64,000 nt of DNA from a virus (Duplodnaviria > Heunggongvirae > Uroviricota > Caudoviricetes): IMG/VR virus record IMGVR_UViG_3300030332_001481, positions 259,486-323,485 of that record; one strand, written 5' to 3'. The translations under genes and the position numbers were made by a program. The notes under the pieces were generated by a model that was not told the origin of the DNA, ran no database searches, and was given only the letters and a program-made list of their open reading frames with translations. How positions within the stretch are numbered: position 1 is the stretch's first letter; each line of letters begins with the position of its first letter. Shown piece by piece: positions 19,440-28,359 of this stretch.

Positions 19440-20052
19440 AACTGAGCTTTTCTTCTCGGTAGACATCGAGACCGATGGACCGAACGTACTCACCAACTCC
19501 ATGCTGAGCCTGGGTGTGGCGTGCTTCAAGCCTACAGGGGAGCTGATGGGTACCTTCTCGGCGAACTTGAAGCCGCGTGAGGGTGCCGTACAGGACGAGC
19601 GCACCATGCGGGACTTCTGGGCGAAGAACCCAGAGGCGTGGGAAGCGACTACGAAGGACCAGGTCGACCCGCACACAGCTCTACCGGCCTTCGTGTCGTG
19701 GGTAGATACCTTCGAGGCAGATCTGAAGACCTGTGTGGCGTTCCCTGCTGGGTTCGACTTCACTTTCCTGTACCCGTACATGCTGACGTACGCCGGCCGG
19801 AGCCCCTTTGCGTGGTCCTGCCTAGACGTCAAAACCATGGTGTCGGTGATTCGTCGCACGCCTTACCGGTTCGCCACCAAGAAGCGTTGGCCGAAGCGTT
19901 GGTTTAATAAGGGCCTTCCACACACCCACGTAGCCATCGAAGACGCCATCGAGCAGGGGCTCTCTTTCCTGAAAATGAGGGCGGACTTTCTTGAAGGATC
20001 TGAGGCAGTTACAGCTGTTGATACCAAGTTCTGGGAAACTTTCGATCAGTGA
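19429..20052 (+). CDS. DEDD 3'-5' exonuclease (Rv2179c/RNase AS-like)
   Basis: SVDIETDGP, AGFDFTFL, THVAIEDAIEQ. Confidence 0.85.
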   Translation: MTTKTELFFSVDIETDGPNVLTNSMLSLGVACFKPTGELMGTFSANLKPREGAVQDERTMRDFWAKNPEAWEATTKDQVDPHTALPAFVSWVDTFEADLKTCVAFPAGFDFTFLYPYMLTYAGRSPFAWSCLDVKTMVSVIRRTPYRFATKKRWPKRWFNKGLPHTHVAIEDAIEQGLSFLKMRADFLEGSEAVTAVDTKFWETFDQ

Positions 20053-20261
20053 GTTCCGAAAACAACTCGGTTTCGAGTGCTTTCATAGACTATGAAAGAA
20101 TCGACGGAGACTTGCTGAAGAAGATGTACCCGAACCTCAGGCTCACCCTCACGCGTGATTTTCCCTATCTAGGGAAAGAAGACCTGGAGCTGCTCTCGGG
20201 CCTCATTCTCAGCCTGTGCCCCCGATGCCGTAACAACAGCAAACCTTGTAGGTGTGAGTAG
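20049..20261 (+). CDS. small Cys-containing hypothetical protein
   Basis: C-terminal CPRC...CRC; coupled to its neighbours. Confidence 0.6.
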   Translation: MSSENNSVSSAFIDYERIDGDLLKKMYPNLRLTLTRDFPYLGKEDLELLSGLILSLCPRCRNNSKPCRCE

Positions 20262-20881
20262 TGAAGTCCGATCTGAATCCGTCTGAGAAGAAGTACGCCA
20301 AGAACACATGGGAGCTGGCTCAGTTCCATGCGGGTATCCCCCGCCCCTACTGGGGCCCCATCAACCTCGCAAAGCCAGACTTCGGTGTCTACGTCTGGGA
20401 GCAGTACGAGGACGAGAGAGGAGCCATTAGTCCCGCCAGACAGAGCGAATGGTACAAGACGCTACTCGATGAGAGCAACTGGCTGGAGCCGTTCCTCATC
20501 ATCATTTCGTCGGACAAGGACGATGGAGAGGCACTGCGCGTCGGGTTGAACCTCATCAAGAAGGCGACTCAGCTCCCGAAGTACAAGACCCACGTGGCGA
20601 ATTCCATGGAGTTCAACGCAGTACGGAACCGTAAATTCATCGGCCCCTTCGAGGATGCGACAGAAGCGGCATGGCCGGACATTTGTCTGCTCTACAACGT
20701 CTTCGATGACTCCAGCATGGACCGGATTCAGCAGGTCCGGGACTGGTCAAAGTACTTCGAGAACCGGTTTCGAATTATCTGTGCAGGTGGGGACACGGGG
20801 GAACTCATCAAGAAGCTGAAGCTGGATACCACCGCAGCGTTCTTCCTCAAGAAGCAGCCCAAGGTCATGGTCCGAGTCTAA
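20261..20881 (+). CDS. hypothetical protein, possible degenerate DnaC-like helicase loader
   Basis: AGIPRPYW N-terminal motif; immediately upstream of DnaB; no intact Walker A. Confidence 0.45.
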   Translation: MKSDLNPSEKKYAKNTWELAQFHAGIPRPYWGPINLAKPDFGVYVWEQYEDERGAISPARQSEWYKTLLDESNWLEPFLIIISSDKDDGEALRVGLNLIKKATQLPKYKTHVANSMEFNAVRNRKFIGPFEDATEAAWPDICLLYNVFDDSSMDRIQQVRDWSKYFENRFRIICAGGDTGELIKKLKLDTTAAFFLKKQPKVMVRV

Positions 20882-20897
20882 AGGTTCCTAATCAATC

Positions 20898-22295
20898 ATG
20901 AGTAATTCGAAAGACGAGCCCGTCATTGATGAGGGGCTCGTCGCTAACCACAAAATCGAGATGGCTTCTATCCGAAGCATCTTCGACGCTCCGAGCGAGA
21001 AGATCCGCTCCAAGCTCCTCACGGGGCTGGGAGATGACATGTTCGGCACCCAGCGGGGGCGTGACTGCTGGAAGGTAGTCACCGAGGTGCTGTCTACGGC
21101 CACCTTGGACAGCTTTCCTAGCTGGGAGATGTTCCTCTCCACCCCCGAGCTGTCTCAGGCCGACAGGGACGTACTAGGCAACAAGTCGATCAAGGTCATC
21201 CGTACCCTGGACGATGCGACGCGGGCCCTCTCCATTCTGGAGAAGACGCGTCAGCGTCGCATCGGGTACTTGTGCGCCGACTCCATCACCCGAACGGTCA
21301 ACGAGCACGGGAACAAGACCAAGCCGGACGATCTACGTCGCATCCTCGAAGACAGCCTCAACAAGATGAAGGGGGAGATCGACGAGGAGCAAATGCACCA
21401 CGTCGGCTTCACCTCGGAAGAGGAGAACGAGAACGACGACGAGTTCATCGAGGACCTACTCAACCCCGATGAAGTCCGAACAATCCCCACCGGATTCATT
21501 GCGTTCGATTCCAGAGCGGGCGGCGGCTTGGGTGTGCAGGACCTTTTCATCCCTGCGTCACACAAGAAGGGTGGTAAGAGCATCATCACCCTCAACATCT
21601 GTGCGAACATGTATATGCAGTCAAACCAGAACTGCATCTACATCCCCCTAGAAATGAGCCGTGCGGAGACCATGCAGCGTCTCCTCTCGTACATTTCACA
21701 CGTCCCTCACGCGAAGATCAGGTCTCCCAATAAGCTGTCCGCGGAAGAGAAGGATCTCATCTTCTCACGTTGGCGCGCTTTCAAGAAGCACGGCAAGAAG
21801 AACAAATGCCGCTTCACGATCTGGGCGCACTCTAACCTCACCGTTCCGCAGCTACGGGTCCGTCTCAAGCCTTACCGCTACAACGTAGCCGCAATCGACT
21901 ACATCAACCTCCTGGAGGCTCCGGGCTTCGAGAAGAAGGGCGAGTGGGAGCGTCTCAACACCGTGGCGCGAGACCTGAAGCTCATGACCAAGGCGCTCAA
22001 CATGATGATCATGGCGCCCACCCAGATGAACGAGGACGGTTCGCTGCGGTACGCTAGAGGTCTGGCTGAGCACGCTAACGTCGTATGGACGTGGACGTTC
22101 GATGACGAGGCGCGAGACATGAATCGCATCACGATCAGCCAGCCGGCTGTGCGCTCATTCGAGCCGTTCAACTTCGACCTGAAGACGGAGTTCTTCAAGA
22201 TGCGTGCGACCGACCTGATGGAGAACTTATCCCAGGAATTAGGTGATCACGAGTTATCTGACAGACACCGACCCCGTAGTAACCCATTCAAATAG
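20898..22295 (+). CDS. dnaB: replicative DnaB-like (SF4) helicase
   Basis: IPTGFIAFD...GGL, ASHKKGGKS, LEMS, IDYINLL, ARDLKL, PTQMN. Confidence 0.88.
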   Translation: MSNSKDEPVIDEGLVANHKIEMASIRSIFDAPSEKIRSKLLTGLGDDMFGTQRGRDCWKVVTEVLSTATLDSFPSWEMFLSTPELSQADRDVLGNKSIKVIRTLDDATRALSILEKTRQRRIGYLCADSITRTVNEHGNKTKPDDLRRILEDSLNKMKGEIDEEQMHHVGFTSEEENENDDEFIEDLLNPDEVRTIPTGFIAFDSRAGGGLGVQDLFIPASHKKGGKSIITLNICANMYMQSNQNCIYIPLEMSRAETMQRLLSYISHVPHAKIRSPNKLSAEEKDLIFSRWRAFKKHGKKNKCRFTIWAHSNLTVPQLRVRLKPYRYNVAAIDYINLLEAPGFEKKGEWERLNTVARDLKLMTKALNMMIMAPTQMNEDGSLRYARGLAEHANVVWTWTFDDEARDMNRITISQPAVRSFEPFNFDLKTEFFKMRATDLMENLSQELGDHELSDRHRPRSNPFK

Positions 22296-22311
22296 AGACA
22301 AGAAATAACAA

Positions 22312-22530
22312 GTGCCCAGCGATTCTCATGTTAAACTCGATGGAGTTGTCACCGACGTACACCCCGGAGGACAGTTCGGCATTGAGCTAGATACCGGCCT
22401 CAACGTGAAGGCCAAGTTGTGCGGTAAGATGCGGACCAACAAGATCCGCGTCCTCCTCGGAGACAGGGTCCAAGTGAGCCTGTCCCCCTATGATCTTACG
22501 CATGGGATCATCTCTTTCCGCTATAAGTGA
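22312..22530 (+). CDS. infA: translation initiation factor IF-1
   Basis: 72 aa; GKMRTNKIRVLLGDRVQVSLSPYDLTHGII is the IF-1 signature. Confidence 0.95.
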   Translation: MPSDSHVKLDGVVTDVHPGGQFGIELDTGLNVKAKLCGKMRTNKIRVLLGDRVQVSLSPYDLTHGIISFRYK

Positions 22531-22557
22531 ATCCTGAGATGGTCGTTATTTACCACT

Positions 22558-22737
22558 ATGCCTGCTGTAGTGTGTAAAAAGTGCGGCCTCAGAGCCAAGG
22601 TATTCGGGGACCCTGCAAAGGGTCTCGTTTGCTCCAATTGTAAGGCCCCACTGCGTGAGCTGAGTAAGTCTCAGTGCATCAAGTGCAAGGTGCGGGTACC
22701 ACGAGAGAAGAAGCTCTGCGCAAGCTGCAGATCGTAA
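22558..22737 (+). CDS. 59-aa double zinc-ribbon protein (absent from the ORF track)
   Basis: Hand translation MPAVVCKKC...CSNC...CIKC...CASCRS gives four CxxC pairs. Confidence 0.7.
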   Translation: MPAVVCKKCGLRAKVFGDPAKGLVCSNCKAPLRELSKSQCIKCKVRVPREKKLCASCRS

Positions 22738-22747
22738 GGACCACACC

Positions 22748-22996
22748 ATGAAAAAGTTCAAGTGTACCAGGTGCCACACGGACGCACTGATGCCTGCACA
22801 TCGCGTTGTGAGGGCGCTTGCTTGCCCCAACTGCAAGTGTGCGATGAAGGCAATGGATGACGTGCAGACGTGCCGTAAATGTGGCTCTGTATTCGCTGCA
22901 GGGCTCTCTGCCTGCTCAAAGTGCAAGGTAGAGCGGACGACCCAACGCCGTGACCCGCAGTCGAAACGGAAAGCCATCAAAAAGGAAGATGCCTGA
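22748..22996 (+). CDS. double zinc-ribbon protein
   Basis: CTRC, CPNC, CRKC, CSKC; AAGGA RBS. Confidence 0.75.
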   Translation: MKKFKCTRCHTDALMPAHRVVRALACPNCKCAMKAMDDVQTCRKCGSVFAAGLSACSKCKVERTTQRRDPQSKRKAIKKEDA

Positions 22997-23375
22997 CTTC
23001 ATCAGCCCCTCAAGCTTACTCCGCAAGAAGTACGAACAGCGGAAAACAGAATTAGTCCAAGTCTCTCCATCCCCCGTAAGTGACATCTGCAAGCACTGTT
23101 GGTTTGCCTCACAGTGTACTATTCGTACACTGACTCGCAACCCTCCTAGGAGCTGCTGCGTTTACGACTTCTTCTCACAGAGAGTAGATCCTCCTACGCT
23201 AGAAGAGGTTGTAGCCCATACGTGCGACCGTATGTGTAAAAGCAGACAACAGTGGGAGTACGATCCCTGTGTACACGACCGGAACTACTGCGATAAGCAC
23301 TGTCCCGTGAGCAAGTACATCAAGGACGAACCTCCCTCGGATGCAAAGGATGTCCCGTATGACGACTACGGATGA
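22989..23375 (+). CDS. Cys-rich hypothetical protein
   Basis: CKHC..QC..CC..CDRMC..C..CDKHC; AAGGA RBS before ATG 22989. Confidence 0.65.
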   Translation: MPDFISPSSLLRKKYEQRKTELVQVSPSPVSDICKHCWFASQCTIRTLTRNPPRSCCVYDFFSQRVDPPTLEEVVAHTCDRMCKSRQQWEYDPCVHDRNYCDKHCPVSKYIKDEPPSDAKDVPYDDYG

Positions 23376-24498
23376 TACAGATTCTACAGATCTTTCCTTC
23401 TCGGTAGATGTTGAGAGCGGTGACCTCACTGAGGCACTCAAGAACATCAGCCTCTTCGTGGGTCCTGGGTGTATCGTCTATATCAAGGCGTCAGTTCACC
23501 CAAAGAATCCTGACGTAGGGAAGCTCCTCATCGAAGCGGGCCAGAACGGGGTGTACATGTCCACGTACATCTCCGCTGAAGTCATGGAGGAGGGGAAGTT
23601 CTGCATTCCTATCTCTAGCCTCACGACACTGTCACTCAAGACAAAGAAGCCGCTGTCTCTTCGTATCGGAGAGGATAAGCGACTCAAGATCCAGTCAGGG
23701 AACTTGAACTTCAGGCTGGTATGCTCTCCTTGGAGCATAGCCCATCTGCAGCGTCCTAGATCCAAGATCGAGCCACAGGTGAAGATCCATGGGTCCCAGT
23801 TTCAGCTAGGGGCACGGCTCACCACTCTGGCCTCTCCTGTCCCTGGTACTACCCCGGTGGTCAACGTAGAGATGGCCGAGAAGCTCTCCATGAGCATCAC
23901 AGACTACTACCGAGCACTCCTCTACACGGAGACGTTGGACGCGAAGTTAGAGCCCCCTCTGCGAGCCAGCCTGCGTCCCGACCTGGTGCAAGGGATCAGT
24001 TCCAGGTTTGCGAAGTTCGATATCGAGCTGGGGGAGGACCGAGGGGTCTTCATGTGTAAGGCCGGCAGAACTAGGTTGTATTACCCAACTGTACAGGCCT
24101 ACGACGCAATCTCTGTCGAGGAAGAAATCCGCTCCTTCCCTGAAGACAAGCGACTAGGGGAGTTCAGCGTGGACGCAGAAGCGTTTGCAACCGCTGTCGC
24201 ACAGTGCTCGTCCATCTCACGCAGAAACAAGGATGCAGAACCAGCCCTAAACGTGCTAGTGATGGGCAACCGTCTCTTGACTCAGGTCAAGGCAGGAGCT
24301 GATGTGGCGGAGTCTGAGACGCGTGTTAGTTCTGACTTTGCCAAGCACATGTTCAAGATCAGCGTGAGACACTTAGTGGAGACGCTTGCAGGATTGAAGG
24401 GGTCGGACTGCATCCTGAAGTTCGAGGTGTGGCCCAACCTAGTACGAGTAAGCGGGCTCAATGAGCACTACATGGCTGCGTTTCCCGTAGTAGACTGA
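23359..24498 (+). CDS. DNA polymerase III beta sliding clamp-like protein
   Basis: About 380 aa with a three-domain clamp pattern (DLTEALKNI..ISAEVMEEGKFCIP..FSVDAEAFATAV..), in the replication operon. Confidence 0.65.
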   Translation: MTTTDDTDSTDLSFSVDVESGDLTEALKNISLFVGPGCIVYIKASVHPKNPDVGKLLIEAGQNGVYMSTYISAEVMEEGKFCIPISSLTTLSLKTKKPLSLRIGEDKRLKIQSGNLNFRLVCSPWSIAHLQRPRSKIEPQVKIHGSQFQLGARLTTLASPVPGTTPVVNVEMAEKLSMSITDYYRALLYTETLDAKLEPPLRASLRPDLVQGISSRFAKFDIELGEDRGVFMCKAGRTRLYYPTVQAYDAISVEEEIRSFPEDKRLGEFSVDAEAFATAVAQCSSISRRNKDAEPALNVLVMGNRLLTQVKAGADVAESETRVSSDFAKHMFKISVRHLVETLAGLKGSDCILKFEVWPNLVRVSGLNEHYMAAFPVVD

Positions 24499-24508
24499 GC
24501 ATAGACTA

Positions 24509-24877
24509 ATGATCAAAGCACTCAATCAGATCCCGTGGAAGTCGTTGGAGATGGGGCGTCTGACGCAGTATAATGACCTGTACTGCGTCAAGACGGGCAT
24601 CATCCTGAACCGCCCCAAGAAGGTCAAGCTCTACGACGACGTGTTCGTGTCCCTCTACAAGTTCAAGGGGGAGTCACGGTCCACACTCGGCTACGCACTG
24701 CAGGTGAAGCGCGACTTCGCCCAGACCTACGCCACAGGTCTCTATGTATCGTTGATGGGCGAAGTAGAGACTCATACACAACCAGACCTCATCTACGACG
24801 ATCCCCGCCTGTACCTGTACAAGTTCAACTCACGTAAGAGGCCCGCGTACTGGTGCCTCGTAAGGCATAGAGTATAA
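24509..24877 (+). CDS. hypothetical protein
   Basis: ORF with TAATG coupling. Confidence 0.7.
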   Translation: MIKALNQIPWKSLEMGRLTQYNDLYCVKTGIILNRPKKVKLYDDVFVSLYKFKGESRSTLGYALQVKRDFAQTYATGLYVSLMGEVETHTQPDLIYDDPRLYLYKFNSRKRPAYWCLVRHRV

Positions 24878-25560
24878 TGGCTTCGCGATGTCTAGTTCTA
24901 GACCTGGAGACGGTAAACCCGCACGATGGGGCGGAGGAGAAGCCCACTGTCTCGGAACACCAGATCGTCACCGCAGGCATGCTGTGGCTCAATGATGACC
25001 TTTCCCTACACAAGGCTTCCGCGCTGTCTGTGCGAGATGGGCGCACGGAAAGTGACGTCATCGAAGCCGTCATCGGCGAGCTAGACGATGATACCGTCCT
25101 CGTCACATGGAACGGGCGTGCTTTCGACGTTCCAGTCCTGGTCTACCGTTGCATGCACCTCAAGATCCCGTGCCCGTGGTTCTTCAAGAAGGGGGTGGAC
25201 AACCGCTACAACCGGACGGGACACTACGACCTACGTGATCACATGAACTTCGTGGGGGCAGCCTGGGGCATCGACCTGGATAGAGCTGCCCACCTTGTGG
25301 GCCTTCCAGGAAAGCTCGGTACAGACGGGAGTGATGTCTCCAACTTGTACAGGGCTAACCGCATCAACAAGATCGAGACCTACTGCGTCACTGACGTCCT
25401 ACAAACGGCGGCAGTCTACGTGAGATGGTTATTTGTGATGGGGGTTGTCAGCCCCGAGGAACTAGAGCTGTTCCACATGAGTATTCGTAACTACCAGCCC
25501 ACACAAGGCACAGTCCAAGCAGCCTTTGACTTGATCAACTCTGAAGTCTCCATCTTCTAA
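24877..25560 (+). CDS. PolB-type 3'-5' exonuclease (stand-alone DEDDy)
   Basis: LDLETV, VTWNGRAFDVPVL, HYDL, IETYCVTDV. Confidence 0.88.
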   Translation: MASRCLVLDLETVNPHDGAEEKPTVSEHQIVTAGMLWLNDDLSLHKASALSVRDGRTESDVIEAVIGELDDDTVLVTWNGRAFDVPVLVYRCMHLKIPCPWFFKKGVDNRYNRTGHYDLRDHMNFVGAAWGIDLDRAAHLVGLPGKLGTDGSDVSNLYRANRINKIETYCVTDVLQTAAVYVRWLFVMGVVSPEELELFHMSIRNYQPTQGTVQAAFDLINSEVSIF

Positions 25561-25573
25561 ATCGAGCGTAATA

Positions 25574-26734
25574 ATGTCATCTGATAACGATCTTGCTTTC
25601 GTCTGCGGAGTCGCAGGAAGCTCCAGCCTTCAGGCAGGACTCCTACGCATGTTTACTTCCTTCCCCCTTGAGTCCGCCACTCTGCTACTGAAAGCGGATC
25701 CGAAAGCTTCATGGGACTCTTTCCAACTTGATGTGGATCAGGAGAGTAAGACACTCTGCTTCAGGTATGACCCCACGACCGTGTCGGCCCAAAAGCTCTC
25801 AGAGCGTATTGTGGCGGTGTGGGTTATCGCGTATACGCTAGACTCCACCCAGTGGAAGCTCTCATCGTTTGCGCCATTTGCAGAGCATGCCGAAGAGATT
25901 GCGGATTGCCTGCGTGACTCGGACATTACCAGCGAAGGCGACATCGCTAACTTCATGCATGACGTACTGGAGCTGGCCGCACGTTGGCTAGTCCACTACA
26001 TCGATTGCTTTGATCTGGTCAAGACCACGAACAAGAACCTCCTGTTCGGCATCATGAGCGTGTTCGAGAACGGAGAACTCTCTCGCCGCCGTCGGGTGTG
26101 TGAGGCGCGGTTCGGGCTCAAGTCGTGGCTTGAGTTTGAGGCGCGTGAGGGTGCCACTGCGGAGGACTTCTGGCTGGATGACCTCGGTTACGACCCGAGC
26201 CGACCGTGGGAGCAGGTGGACACCAACATGGAGCGGATGTACGCTCTCACACCCGAGTCGTGCGAGATCCTGTCACAGAACCTGAGCAAGTGGGCTACGT
26301 GCGGCATCATCCTAGAGCCGAGCCACTATTTCAACGTCCCTACTGAGCTACCTTCATGGAGGCTCAAGAAGCCGCCGTCGAGGCAGGACATCCTCAACCA
26401 CCTACTGACTTTCTGGGACCACTCCGCTAGCTTTGATGTGTCGTCCCACTGCCTTGAGATCGCACTGATGGTAGACGACCGGGCCGTAGGGACATTCAGT
26501 ACACGGGAGTTCACGCGGGATGGCCTCATCCTGGATCCAAACGGAACCAACCCCACCGAACCAGTGTCGTTCTACGGCGATGACTTCGACGACTTCGAAG
26601 ACGACGATGATGACCTTTTCGAGCACACCAGCAATGACGCTGGTCCCTACGAGTACACCCTAAACGCCGAGGAGGGTGACTTTGTCTTCTCTATGCCCTT
26701 CCACGGCGACCCCAACAAGTTCGGATTGAACTAA
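25574..26734 (+). CDS. hypothetical protein (386 aa)
   Basis: Long ORF in the operon. Confidence 0.75.
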   Translation: MSSDNDLAFVCGVAGSSSLQAGLLRMFTSFPLESATLLLKADPKASWDSFQLDVDQESKTLCFRYDPTTVSAQKLSERIVAVWVIAYTLDSTQWKLSSFAPFAEHAEEIADCLRDSDITSEGDIANFMHDVLELAARWLVHYIDCFDLVKTTNKNLLFGIMSVFENGELSRRRRVCEARFGLKSWLEFEAREGATAEDFWLDDLGYDPSRPWEQVDTNMERMYALTPESCEILSQNLSKWATCGIILEPSHYFNVPTELPSWRLKKPPSRQDILNHLLTFWDHSASFDVSSHCLEIALMVDDRAVGTFSTREFTRDGLILDPNGTNPTEPVSFYGDDFDDFEDDDDDLFEHTSNDAGPYEYTLNAEEGDFVFSMPFHGDPNKFGLN

Positions 26735-26745
26735 GGAACTATGAG

Positions 26746-27462
26746 ATGCCTACCTCCACGATGTGGGACCCTGTAAACCCTCCTGCTGTCAAGACATTGA
26801 CGGTGTGCGTGGTATCAGACACCCACGGCATGCAGGGGCAGATGAAGGCACTGCCCCAGGCTGACGCAGTCATTCATGCGGGTGACTTCACTGCACGTGG
26901 GGAGTACCAGCAAGTGCAATCCTTTGCTGATTGGGGAGACTCCATGAGTCTTCCTAAGCACCGACGGATCTGCATTGCAGGCAACCATGACATCTCGCTC
27001 CAGACGAAGCCTGAAGTCACGGAGCCGATAGTTCGTGAGGGCTGGACGTATTTGCGGGAGTGGGATACTGACCTTGAGGGTCTGAAAGTGTGGGGTTCAC
27101 CTTGGAGCCCAATGTTCTTCCCAGAACATTGGTCTTTTCAGCTTCAGCGTGGCAGCCACGCCAGAGATCACTGGGCGGAGATGCCTGACGACGCCGACAT
27201 CGTTGTCACTCATGGTCCTCCCTTTGGTTACGGTGACCTCACATCACGAGGCTATCACGTGGGTGACGTGGACCTTCTAGAGAGACTGAGAGTGGTGAAG
27301 CCTCGGCTTGTCGTGTGTGGTCACATTCACGAGGGGTATGGCGTTTATGCCACCGACTGGGGAGGCATGGTTGTAAATGCTTCAACGTGTACACTGGGCT
27401 ACGCGCCAAAGAACAAGCCGATTGTTGTTAGACTACCGCAGGTGGGACACCAGTACAAGTGA
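26746..27462 (+). CDS. metallophosphoesterase (MPPED/239FB-like)
   Basis: SDTHG, HAGD, AGNHD, THGPP, GHIHE. Confidence 0.92.
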   Translation: MPTSTMWDPVNPPAVKTLTVCVVSDTHGMQGQMKALPQADAVIHAGDFTARGEYQQVQSFADWGDSMSLPKHRRICIAGNHDISLQTKPEVTEPIVREGWTYLREWDTDLEGLKVWGSPWSPMFFPEHWSFQLQRGSHARDHWAEMPDDADIVVTHGPPFGYGDLTSRGYHVGDVDLLERLRVVKPRLVVCGHIHEGYGVYATDWGGMVVNASTCTLGYAPKNKPIVVRLPQVGHQYK

Positions 27463-27617
27463 ATGAAAAGGGCAGAGAGCGTAACCTTCACGAAGATGAT
27501 GGTGAAGGCGACCCCTTCAACACACTTTGGATCATTCTCATCCTAGGTGTGCTGTGTCTAGCTCAGTACTGCGGTATCCTACACCCGTAAACGAGAACTA
27601 CCTTTCCAAGGACACGT

Positions 27618-27785
27618 ATGAAACTCAGTCTTGAAGACGCCAATGCAATCGCCAAGGAAGTGAGCGCAGAACTGCGAGAGCTTGAGATCCCCGTTCGGGT
27701 CAACAAGAACTTCGTTCTCGCCATGTTCAAGGTGCAGAAGGCCCTCCACAAGGAGGCTAAGAAGCAGAAGGCGGCAAAGACCTAG
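27618..27785 (+). CDS. 55-aa basic hypothetical protein (absent from the ORF track)
   Basis: AAGGA RBS then MKLSLEDANAIAKEVSAELRELEIPVRVNKNFVLAMFKVQKALHKEAKKQKAAKT. Confidence 0.55.
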   Translation: MKLSLEDANAIAKEVSAELRELEIPVRVNKNFVLAMFKVQKALHKEAKKQKAAKT

Positions 27786-28345
27786 ACTTCCTCGTCCTCA
27801 TCCAACAGAATGACACCATTCAGGTAGAGCCTGCGCTTCACGGCCGGGCTCTTTGTCTTTCTGTACTGCTCCCAGAGCTTCACCACGTCTGCAGTTGTGC
27901 CGACAGTAGTCTGTTCCCTGACCTCGTCGTATACGAGAGCCACGCCCTCAAACTCCTGCGACAGCTCCTCGAATACCTCACGAGGCGTAGGACTCAGTGG
28001 GTACTCGGAAGCCCCTGTGTAGCCTCTCCTGCCCATGCTCTTGATGTACTCTAGGGAGAGCCCGCGATTCCTGATGTACCCCACACAGAAACCGGCCAGG
28101 AAGAGCGCAGTGTCTCCCAGTCGTTGATGCACCTCAAACCTTCTGTGAGGCGACGGCTCGGAGGTGACCTCCATGAGGAGGTCGACCAGAGGTCGGTTCA
28201 CGTCAAACGCTTTCGACGCCTGTCGGACCAGAAGGTCAACGATGTAGAACTCAGACCAGTGTGATAGTTTCAAGCCTACAGTGGACAGGGCCTTGTTCAC
28301 TACTTCATGGAAGTAGGATTGAACAGGAGTGTCATCTATATCCAC
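27782..28345 (-). CDS. conserved hypothetical protein resembling a family I recall from Myxococcota/Deltaproteobacteria
   Basis: EFYIVDLL..LGDTALFLAGF..YIKSMGRRGY..VFEELS..KLWEQYRKTKS; family recognised from memory. Confidence 0.6.
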   Translation of the reverse strand: MDIDDTPVQSYFHEVVNKALSTVGLKLSHWSEFYIVDLLVRQASKAFDVNRPLVDLLMEVTSEPSPHRRFEVHQRLGDTALFLAGFCVGYIRNRGLSLEYIKSMGRRGYTGASEYPLSPTPREVFEELSQEFEGVALVYDEVREQTTVGTTADVVKLWEQYRKTKSPAVKRRLYLNGVILLDEDEEV

Positions 28346-28359
28346 TGTAGGCTCCTTGG

